A stretch of 64,000 bases of DNA from Elusimicrobiota bacterium (GTDB lineage: Bacteria > Elusimicrobiota > Elusimicrobia > UBA1565), in the NCBI GenBank assembly GCA_043827405.1, contig JBDRPD010000013.1, positions 32,990-96,989 of the forward strand. The letters run 5' to 3'. Below, piece by piece: positions 45,869 through 53,780 of this stretch (position 1 is the first letter of the stretch; the number at the start of each line of letters is the position of its first letter). Made by a program: the position numbers and the translations under genes. The notes below the pieces were generated by a model, which saw nothing but the letters and a program-made list of their open reading frames with translations, was not told the DNA's origin and did no database searches.

Positions 45869-47515
45869 GTGATGAATATGAGGAAGCTGATATTTTCCGT
45901 GCTCGCGGCGGCATGCGTTTTCGCGCCCCGCGCCAGCGCCGAAACGTGGCAGCGTATCGCCGGTTTCGACAGCGGCATCCGGCAGGTCCGGACCGTCGCG
46001 GTGAAGGATGGGGCGGCCTGGGCGGAGCTGTGGGCGGAGCATACGCGGGGGATGGCGGCCGCTCCGGCGCTTCCCCAAGTCGACTTCGCCAGGGAAACCA
46101 TCGTCGCGGTGTTCTTGGGCGAGCGGCGGCGGGGCGGGCATGTCATCGAGCTGCAAACGAAGCCCAACCCGCAGAATCCGGCCGAGCTGGTGGTGACATT
46201 CGGGGAAAAGAAGCCGGATGCCGCCTTCGGCATTGCCCTGATGAACTATCCCTACGAGATCAGGAAGCTCAATCATGCGTATGCCAAGGTGCGCTTCATC
46301 GCGCCGCAACGTACGGCGGTGGTTTATGAAGCGGCGGAGCCGCTGTCCGAAAAGCCGGCGCCCGCCGTCCGCGTCCGGTTGGCGCGGGCGGAAGTCGCGC
46401 GGCTCAGCGGCGGACTCGGCGCCATGACGGCGCAGAAGTCGCGGACGGTATTTGATGGCGGGGCGCTGCGTGACGCGATGAGCGGCTCGGTCATGGCGGA
46501 AACATCGGCGCGGCTGCTGCCCGCGGCGCTGCCTCCTCCCCCCGGCAAGGGTGAGAAGAAGGCGGACCAGGGCAAGAAGAAGCTGCCGCCGCCGCCGAAA
46601 AAAGACGGCAAGCCGCTGCCGCCGCCGCCGAAGGAAGACGGCAAGCCGCTGCCGCCGCCGCCCGCCCGGACTTTGCCCAGGCCCATCTATCCGGGCGGTC
46701 CGCTGCCGGAGGATGATCTGCGCCTGCGGAAGGCGGAACGGACCTATTCGACCTACGACATGAGCTATGTCGGTTATTGGCATGACGGCTGGGGCTATGA
46801 GAGCGAGAGCGGCCGGGTCGTTACCTCGCCCCGGGACCGGGGCTCATATGTTCTCAACCTTACGAGCGGCAAGTATCAGTACTATGTCGAGTTCTACTAC
46901 GCCAAGTCGTCGGACTCGATCTATTATACCCGCACCAAAAAACGGATCGGCGGCAGATCCCGCCTCCTGATGGTGGAGTTCGCGGACCGCGATACCAAGC
47001 CGCTGCTGCCGTGGGAGAGTGAGACTTTTGTCTTCTCGCTTAAGGACACCACGGTCTCCCTGGAATCGGCCAGCGGCGCCTACCAATACGACATCACGTA
47101 TTCATTCTCGGCGCAGGACAAGTCCACGGTCTACATTACGCTGACCCCCGGCGGCAAGATCAAGACCGCGCCGGACGCGGGGGCCGTCGGCGCGGGCATC
47201 AAGCTCTATGGTTCGGACCTTAAGCTTGTAGTGACCGACAAGTGGGCGCAGTACTACGCCGGCGAGGAGCTCGAGGTCAGCGTCAGCATCAAGAAAGAGG
47301 TCGGGATGAGCTGGCGTAATCCGCTCGGCATCGACCCCGTCATTTATGACGGCAGGCTGAAGATGCCGGCGCAGAAATCCGGAGAGCTGTTCCTTAAGAG
47401 CGCGCTGGACCGGGGGACTTACTACATCTCGTCATGGTCCTTCCGCCGGGTCGATAGTGCGATAAGCGGAAGCGGATGGGTTTCCAAAGGCGGGGGGAAT
47501 GCCGTCACCAAATAA
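45869..47515 (+). CDS. Exported protein: PrcB-C-like domain, FDG motif, proline repeats, beta-rich C-terminal region
   Basis: W..LW.EH...P.VDF..E..VAVFLGER..GG..I (PrcB_C-like); VFDG 46448-46459. Confidence 0.75.
   Translation: MMNMRKLIFSVLAAACVFAPRASAETWQRIAGFDSGIRQVRTVAVKDGAAWAELWAEHTRGMAAAPALPQVDFARETIVAVFLGERRRGGHVIELQTKPNPQNPAELVVTFGEKKPDAAFGIALMNYPYEIRKLNHAYAKVRFIAPQRTAVVYEAAEPLSEKPAPAVRVRLARAEVARLSGGLGAMTAQKSRTVFDGGALRDAMSGSVMAETSARLLPAALPPPPGKGEKKADQGKKKLPPPPKKDGKPLPPPPKEDGKPLPPPPARTLPRPIYPGGPLPEDDLRLRKAERTYSTYDMSYVGYWHDGWGYESESGRVVTSPRDRGSYVLNLTSGKYQYYVEFYYAKSSDSIYYTRTKKRIGGRSRLLMVEFADRDTKPLLPWESETFVFSLKDTTVSLESASGAYQYDITYSFSAQDKSTVYITLTPGGKIKTAPDAGAVGAGIKLYGSDLKLVVTDKWAQYYAGEELEVSVSIKKEVGMSWRNPLGIDPVIYDGRLKMPAQKSGELFLKSALDRGTYYISSWSFRRVDSAISGSGWVSKGGGNAVTK
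46571..46663 (+). repeat. Three tandem 33-36 bp coding repeats (GK(P/KK)LPPPPK(K/E)D)
   Basis: Units at 46571-46606, 46607-46639 and 46640-46663 (partial). Confidence 0.9.
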
Positions 47516-47537
47516 TAGACAGGAATCCCGAACAATG

Positions 47538-47572
47538 AGAGGGCCCCGGCTGCCGCCGGGGCTCTTTCGTTT
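47538..47572 (+). terminator. Intrinsic terminator, probably bidirectional
   Basis: AGAGGGCCCCGGC-TGCC-GCCGGGGCTCTTT followed by T-rich tail, between convergent genes. Confidence 0.75.
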
Positions 47573-48492
47573 TAGGGGAGAAAGGGCAGGAAGCGCAGGC
47601 CGTCGCCGAGCAGGGTCAGAGCGATGAAGGCGCATAGCGCGGGCCGCAGCCAGCGCAGCTGCGTGGGATGCGCCCGGGTCAGGAGCGCGCCGAACCCGAA
47701 AGCGGTCAACAGCGCGAAGGTGAACTGACCCGCGGCGGCGAAGAAGTACGGGTCGACTCCCGCATAGAGCGGTATCTTTATCAGTCCGCGGTACAGCGCG
47801 GGCACCCACCACAGCGCATGTCCCGCCACATGCAGGCGCAGGCCGATCGTCAGCCAGAGCATGAGACCTGCCGCCATGAACCAGAGCCGGGCCTGGCTCT
47901 GATAGGACTGCGCGAGGATCAGTGCGCCGGTCGCCATGCCGAAGGCGGCCATGCCGACATAGTAGGGCGAAGGCTGCCATAGCTGCATGAAGTCGGCGCC
48001 GGTGGTCAGGACGGCAGCGGACGCGGGATGCATCCGGTGCCACCACCATAACGGGGCGTAGAGGGCGATGCCGCCGACTGTGGCCGCCGCCCAAGCGGCG
48101 AAGGGCGGACCCCAGGTTTCGCCGCGCCGCCGACGATCCATCAGGTAGCCGAGCAGCAGGACGATCCAGACCAAGAGCCCCGCGGTCAGCGCGAAGCGCG
48201 AATCAAGCGCGCCGCCGGTGCCGAGGCACAGGGTGAGCGCCGCGATATGGAGCTTGCGGCGATATCCCGGGGCGTCCCGCGCGATATCGTTGGTCCGGTA
48301 GAATAAGAGGAAGAGCAGCGGCAGCAGCGGCAGGCAGAATGCCAGGTTGACGCTCTCGGCCGCGAGCGTCCGTACCGCCGGCGAGAAGACATAGACCACG
48401 GACGCGAGCGCCGCGCCGTAGGGATCGCCGCAGAGCTTGCGGGCGAGCTGAAACATCAGCACCGCCGCCGCGATGAGTGCCAGGAGTTCCAA
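47572..48492 (-). CDS. Integral membrane protein (weak resemblance to GT-C/YfhO-like membrane domains)
   Basis: About 9 hydrophobic segments; GAALASVVYVFSP and LPLL.LLF patterns; TTG start uncertain. Confidence 0.55.
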   Translation of the reverse strand: MELLALIAAAVLMFQLARKLCGDPYGAALASVVYVFSPAVRTLAAESVNLAFCLPLLPLLFLLFYRTNDIARDAPGYRRKLHIAALTLCLGTGGALDSRFALTAGLLVWIVLLLGYLMDRRRRGETWGPPFAAWAAATVGGIALYAPLWWWHRMHPASAAVLTTGADFMQLWQPSPYYVGMAAFGMATGALILAQSYQSQARLWFMAAGLMLWLTIGLRLHVAGHALWWVPALYRGLIKIPLYAGVDPYFFAAAGQFTFALLTAFGFGALLTRAHPTQLRWLRPALCAFIALTLLGDGLRFLPFLP

Positions 48493-48501
48493 GTCCGGAT
48501 T

Positions 48502-51500
48502 TTACTTCTTCTGCTTGGGTTCCAGCAGGGTTTCGGGCAGCCCCGGCAGGCGCTTGGGTGCGGCGAAGAACAGCAGCCCCGCGAGCAGGTAGAAGACGCC
48601 GAGCACGCCCAGGAACGCCGGGAACGCCGGGTTCATCAGGCTGGTGGCCAAGGCGAGGATGCCGTAGCCCCCCGCGACCGCCGCGTTGAAGAACGAGCTT
48701 TGCACGCCGCCCATGGAGCCGCTCTTGTCGCGGGCGGCATTGCTGAAGAAGTAGCCCATCAGCGTGGTATAGGCGGGGCCGAAGGCCATGCCGATGCCCA
48801 ACACCGCCAGCATCATCGCGGTTGTGGCGGGGATGAAGGGGAACATCCCCAGGCCCCAGACCAAGTAGGGAATCCAGACGCCGGCAAAGCCGACCCCCAC
48901 AAACTTCAGCCAGGCCCGCTTGGTGAGCTTGCTGGCCATGGCGATCATGCCGCCGATCACGGCGCCGGCGATAAGCGCGGCGATGAGGCTGCCGGCGAAC
49001 AGGCCGGTGTAGACCCAGGTCATGCCGAGGCCGACGACCACGGCCTGAATGATGCGATGCAGCGCCACGCGGCCGATGAGCGGAATCTTGACCTCGCCCA
49101 GCTTCGCCTGCGCGGCGTTGGATATAAGGTTGCCGAAGAACAGCGCGCCCAGAAGCTGGCCCATAAGCAGCGCCTTGCCTTCAGCCCCGACCAGAAGAAC
49201 CGCGATTTTGGGCAGGGCCAGGTACTGGAAGGGATACATCATCATGGCGATCAAAGACAGCATGAGCAGGGCCTTGGGCAGGCGGCTCTTCCAGCGCGAG
49301 AGCTCGGTTTTCCACGAAGCCTTCGGCGCTGCGCCGGCTTTCTTGGCCGCCGCGATCTTGTCGGCTAATTCCTTTTCGCGGGCGGTGACATCCGAGCCCT
49401 TGCCGTACCACATGACTTTAAAGCCGGTCGTCGTCGTTATCCAAAAGAGCAGCGAGCCGATAATGGGCAAAGTCGAATTAAACAGGAAGTAGCCGCCTAT
49501 CCCGGCGGCCAAGAGCGTTGACGGGAGCCAGTTGCGGCGCAGGAACTTCGCCAGCTTGAGGAGGCGGTCCTTGAAGGTTAGAACCTCTCGCGCCAGCTCA
49601 GCCTTGAATCCAAGTATCGTTTTCTCGCGCAGGTCGACATCGGCCTGCAGGGATTTCATCTCCGCCCAGCGGTTCCAGCGCGCCCGCAGGCCCTTGGGCG
49701 TCTGGGCCTCGAGCTGGGCCAGGTCGCTCTTGGCCTCCGCGATGACGGCCTCGTTGTCCGCGATGCTCTTATTGAGGAAGCCTTCGCGGTCGCTGATCGA
49801 CTTCTTGATCTCCTCGATCTCGGCCCGGTCGGAGCCCTTGGCGTCCTGCAGCTTTTTGCGGCGCGCTTCCATTTTCTGAATGGTTTTGGGCTGCGGCGAG
49901 AGGGTCGGCATGGTGAACCAAAGGATCGGCAGGACGATCACGGCGTTGACGATGGCGTTGATCCAGAACGCCGTCATCGGGTTCCACTGATCGACGATAG
50001 TGCCGATGCCGAGAATAAGCCCGAGAACTACCTGGATGGCCAGGTAGTTCATCCAGGCCAGGTTGCCGACCATGAAGACGTTTTTGGCGCCGGCCAGCCG
50101 CTTGATATAGGAGTTCTCCGTGGTCATGATCGAGGAGAGCAGCCAGCCGTTGACGAAGGAGCCGATCAGCAACGTTCCAAAGTTTAGGTAGCCGAACATC
50201 GCCAGTACCGGCAGGAGCAGGCTCGAGAGCACCCGGATGACGGTGTTGAGCGCCATGCCGTTGCGCGCCGACAGGCGGTCGGCGATCAGGCCGTTAAGCG
50301 GTCCGGCGGCGATGGCGGCCAGCGGCCCGAAAGACATCAGCAGGCCGTAGGTGGCCCAGGCGGCGGGATTGGTCGCGCCGCCGAAGGCGCCGACAACGAG
50401 AAAGGGATAAGCGATAGAAGTCAGGATGAAGGCGGCGATGGAAGCCGTGCGCTGGGCGAAGAGTCCGATGACGGCCTTCTTGTTCATCTCGCTGGGCGCC
50501 TGCTTGCCCAGAGCCTGCAGGATTTCACGCGAGGCTTCGGCGCCTTCGGTAGGCCAAACCACAACATTCTCGAGCCGCGGATCGGCCTTGCCGCCCACCG
50601 AGATGGCGAGCGCGCCGGGTGAGGCGTAAACGAAGCCCATGTCGGCGGTGCGCATGTCGAAGAACTGGTCGCCGACCGACAGCGTCTTGGACAGCCCTAC
50701 CGGCCGTTTGACCAGCATGTTAACGGCTTTCCAGGCGGCCTTGGCGAAGCGTGCGGGCAAGCCGAAGCGGAGCATATCCTTAACCTGTTCGATGGCGCGG
50801 CGGTTGGCGCGCAGCGGCAGGACGCCGGTCCGTTTGTCGATCTTTGAGACGGTCATGTACGGAGCGTCCACTTCCGGGTTGCGGGCGATGCGCGGGGTCA
50901 CGGTAAACGGAACGTTGCGGGCGAACAGCTCTTCCTGCAGCTTTTCGGCGGCGTCGCGCACCGCCTGCTCCGACCAGCCCAGCGGCAGGAAGTGCGCATA
51001 GCTGTAGGATTTAAGATCGTACGTCTTGCCGTTGACGGCCTGCTCGCCTTTGGCGCTGCCGTCCTTGTGGTAGCCGTAATGATCGAGGAATGCCTGCCGC
51101 GCCTGCAGAATGCCGGCTTGCTCGGCTTCAGTCCAATGGACGGCGCTGCCGGTCTCTTCACGTACCAGCACCGGCTCGCCCTTGCGGTTGTAGAGCAAGG
51201 TCCGGGTACCGCGGCTGGAGACCAAAGTCAGGGACTGCTTCTGCGCCAGCGTAAGCGGGGTTAGTGAATCGACGATGGTGACATCCTGCTCCCGCTTCTT
51301 GGCGTCGGGCCGGTCGGTGAGAATGATGGGTTCGACGCCGGCGTCGGCCGCGGCCTTGAGCGCCTCGCCGGTCTCGGGAGAGATCGGCGTGTTAAACGGC
51401 GCCAAAGTGTCGTCGTAGTCGAAGAAGGCTTCTTCCGGCTTGTCTTTTTCCAGCTTCTGCAGGATCGCGTCGGCATGGGCCCGGGTAATCGGGCGCAGCG

Positions 51501-52302
51501 AGCGCAGCTCGCCGAAATCTTCGGCCAGGGCTTTAAGCGCCGTGCGGTGGATCTCATAGTCGGCGGCGCCGCCCTTCGGGTTGGCGTCGGCGATGCGCGA
51601 GAGCGCCGCCTGCGTCTCGGCGCCCCCCTGCTTGATAATGGCCTTGACCGCGCTCCGGCGTTCATCCTGCGGCTTTGCGGAGTCGACCGCTATAGCCTCG
51701 AGGTCGCCGATGGTGAGTTGGGAAAGTCCGGAATCAGCGGCGGCTTGATCGGCGGCGTGAACAAAATCGCCGCTGCCCTTGCGGGAGCGCGCGCCGGAGA
51801 AAAGGGATTTGAGCGCGCTGAAGCGCCCGGTCGTTCCCGCGGCCTGGTCGATCTTCTGGACGCCGTCCTGCAGGGTGCTTTTTACCGCAGGCTTGGCTTG
51901 GGCGGAGCGGCCGGCGGTGTCCGCCGCCGGCGCGGAGACCGTATTTTTTAATTTAGTTTTGACCGGCCCTTCAACGACCGCGACATGCGAGGGGGCGACG
52001 GTCACCGTCTTGGCATGGCCGGAAGTTATCGTTTCGCCGCCGACGCTCGGCAGGCCGGGCAGGCCCTGGGACAAGGAATTGGAGAGCTTGAGATTCTGCA
52101 GCGCGGAGGAGGTGTTGATGCCGCCGATCGCGGCGGCGCCCGCATTGCCGGGGATGCTGCTGACCGGCGCTGCCTTGGCGCGAATAACGGTCGCGGCGGC
52201 TTGCACGGCGAACGGCCCGGGCGCGGCGACGATCAAGGCCGCACATAGGGCCGTGCTAAGGATTTTAATGAAAAGTGTTTGTTTTTCTTTGAAGGAAGTC
52301 AT
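48502..52302 (-). CDS. Large fusion protein: signal peptide, FDG-type leader, helical domain, HAD-IIB-like phosphatase, MFS-like transporter
   Basis: LFSG 51793-51804; FFDYDDTL, LTDR, SVGDQF..D; MFS motif A GLIADRLSAR; about 12 TM segments split by a coiled coil. Confidence 0.78.
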   Translation of the reverse strand: MTSFKEKQTLFIKILSTALCAALIVAAPGPFAVQAAATVIRAKAAPVSSIPGNAGAAAIGGINTSSALQNLKLSNSLSQGLPGLPSVGGETITSGHAKTVTVAPSHVAVVEGPVKTKLKNTVSAPAADTAGRSAQAKPAVKSTLQDGVQKIDQAAGTTGRFSALKSLFSGARSRKGSGDFVHAADQAAADSGLSQLTIGDLEAIAVDSAKPQDERRSAVKAIIKQGGAETQAALSRIADANPKGGAADYEIHRTALKALAEDFGELRSLRPITRAHADAILQKLEKDKPEEAFFDYDDTLAPFNTPISPETGEALKAAADAGVEPIILTDRPDAKKREQDVTIVDSLTPLTLAQKQSLTLVSSRGTRTLLYNRKGEPVLVREETGSAVHWTEAEQAGILQARQAFLDHYGYHKDGSAKGEQAVNGKTYDLKSYSYAHFLPLGWSEQAVRDAAEKLQEELFARNVPFTVTPRIARNPEVDAPYMTVSKIDKRTGVLPLRANRRAIEQVKDMLRFGLPARFAKAAWKAVNMLVKRPVGLSKTLSVGDQFFDMRTADMGFVYASPGALAISVGGKADPRLENVVVWPTEGAEASREILQALGKQAPSEMNKKAVIGLFAQRTASIAAFILTSIAYPFLVVGAFGGATNPAAWATYGLLMSFGPLAAIAAGPLNGLIADRLSARNGMALNTVIRVLSSLLLPVLAMFGYLNFGTLLIGSFVNGWLLSSIMTTENSYIKRLAGAKNVFMVGNLAWMNYLAIQVVLGLILGIGTIVDQWNPMTAFWINAIVNAVIVLPILWFTMPTLSPQPKTIQKMEARRKKLQDAKGSDRAEIEEIKKSISDREGFLNKSIADNEAVIAEAKSDLAQLEAQTPKGLRARWNRWAEMKSLQADVDLREKTILGFKAELAREVLTFKDRLLKLAKFLRRNWLPSTLLAAGIGGYFLFNSTLPIIGSLLFWITTTTGFKVMWYGKGSDVTAREKELADKIAAAKKAGAAPKASWKTELSRWKSRLPKALLMLSLIAMMMYPFQYLALPKIAVLLVGAEGKALLMGQLLGALFFGNLISNAAQAKLGEVKIPLIGRVALHRIIQAVVVGLGMTWVYTGLFAGSLIAALIAGAVIGGMIAMASKLTKRAWLKFVGVGFAGVWIPYLVWGLGMFPFIPATTAMMLAVLGIGMAFGPAYTTLMGYFFSNAARDKSGSMGGVQSSFFNAAVAGGYGILALATSLMNPAFPAFLGVLGVFYLLAGLLFFAAPKRLPGLPETLLEPKQKK

Positions 52303-52331
52303 CCTGCCCCCACGCTTTAGCGTCTGACCAT

Positions 52332-52443
52332 ATTTTATCAGCCGGTACTCCGGCTGATATGGGTCCTCAGGGCGGATGAAAAATGTATTTTGGCCTAATT
52401 TTTCCTAGGCCTTTTGCGGTTGAGGGGTGGGCAGATGGACCTC
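52332..52443 (-). promoter_or_regulatory. Four phased boxes, a perfect palindrome and an extended -10
   Basis: Boxes at 52360, 52382, 52406, 52428; TATCAGCCGG-TACT-CCGGCTGATA 52336-52359; minus-strand TGA-TAAAAT with the -10 22 bp from the nearest box. Confidence 0.55.
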
Positions 52444-52461
52444 TACGAAAAACATATATTT

Positions 52462-53577
52462 TTACTTGTTTTTCTGCTCTTCTTTGAGCTCCATCACGCA
52501 GCACAGTCCTTTTCCTTTCAGAGCGGATATGAAGCAGCCGTTGCAGGACATGCATTTGGCGCGGGCGGTGTCGCCGCTGCGCCAGCGTTTGGGCAGCCCG
52601 GGTTCCCGAATGAAGGGGCGGGCCATGGAGATATAGTCCGCTTTCCCCTGCTGGATGATCTCCTCCGCCAGATCATAGGAGCGCAGGCCGCCGACCACCA
52701 TAACCGGACAGCTGACGACGCCCTTAATGCTTTGCGCCAACGGCAGATGGTATGCCTCCTGGCCGCGCTCTATGATTTTGGCGCGGGCCGGGGTCCGCTT
52801 GCCGGAGGCGGGCGTGCCGCCGCTGACCTCGATCATGTCGATCCCTCCGCGGTCCAGAGCCTGCGCCGCATGGAGCGCGTCGCTTTCGCTGAGCCCGCCC
52901 TCCAGGAAGTCCGAGCCGTTGAGCTTGATGCAGACCGGATAGTTTTTGCCGACGGCCGCGCGGACGCTGTGGTAGACCTCCAGCAGGAACCGGCAGCGGT
53001 TCTCGATAGAGCCGCCGTAGCCGTCGGTCCGGGTATTGGTCAGCGGGGAGAGGAACTGGTTGATGAGGTAGCCGTGCGCGCCGTGCAGCTGCACCGCGTC
53101 AAATCCGTACTCCTTGCCGCGCCGGGCGCCGGCGCCGAAAGCGGCGACGATTTCTTCGATATCCTGCGGGGTCATCGCCGCCGGCTCTTCCGGAAACTGC
53201 GGCACCTTGACGGCCGAAGGCGCGAGCGGCTGCCGGCCGGCGGCCTTGGTCGTCGCCTGGCCGCCCGCGTGGACCATTTGCAGGCAAACCCGGCCGCCCT
53301 CTTCGTGGACCGCGGCGGTGAGGGCCTTCATGTCCGGCGCGAAATTATCCGTATGGATGCCCATTTTCCCCGCCAGCTGCTTGCCGTCGGGCCGGACAAA
53401 TGCGAAGCCGCTGATGATGAGCCCGACGCCGCCGCGCGCCAGGGCGCGGTAGAGCTCAATAACTTCTTCCGTCGGACGGCCGTCGTCTTCACACAGGCCT
53501 TCCCAGGTGGCGGAACGCGCCAGCCGGTTGGCCAAAGTCATGCCGTTGATCGTTGTCGGTTCGAATATCTCGCTCAT
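52462..53577 (-). CDS. NADH:flavin oxidoreductase (old yellow enzyme family)
   Basis: NRLARSAT.E, GFDAVQLHGAHGYLINQFLSP..N.RTD.YGGS.ENR, ARPFIREP, CMSCNGC. Confidence 0.93.
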   Translation of the reverse strand: MSEIFEPTTINGMTLANRLARSATWEGLCEDDGRPTEEVIELYRALARGGVGLIISGFAFVRPDGKQLAGKMGIHTDNFAPDMKALTAAVHEEGGRVCLQMVHAGGQATTKAAGRQPLAPSAVKVPQFPEEPAAMTPQDIEEIVAAFGAGARRGKEYGFDAVQLHGAHGYLINQFLSPLTNTRTDGYGGSIENRCRFLLEVYHSVRAAVGKNYPVCIKLNGSDFLEGGLSESDALHAAQALDRGGIDMIEVSGGTPASGKRTPARAKIIERGQEAYHLPLAQSIKGVVSCPVMVVGGLRSYDLAEEIIQQGKADYISMARPFIREPGLPKRWRSGDTARAKCMSCNGCFISALKGKGLCCVMELKEEQKNK

Positions 53578-53640
53578 GGTCCGCTCCTCGCTCCGCAGTA
53601 TCGGCATAGTATAGCTTTCGCTCCGCCGGGATTCCGTTAG

Positions 53641-53669
53641 TTGACTGCTCCCCCGTCCTTCGATAACCT
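53641..53669 (+). promoter_or_regulatory. Sigma70 promoter of the a2M-pbpC operon
   Basis: TTGACT-N17-TAACCT; AGGAG RBS before ATG 53781. Confidence 0.65.
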
Positions 53670-53780
53670 TTCCATAGGAAAGAAAAGGCCGAAATAGGCC
53701 GTACTCTGCAGGGGCAGGGAGCGGCCGGTCAAGAGCGAGCGGACAGCCGCGCTGCCTTGGAAAAAAGGAGAATTCGTCCT

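Noticed and set aside
52414..53640. 408-aa + strand ORF
   Set aside because: Antisense shadow of the flavin oxidoreductase.
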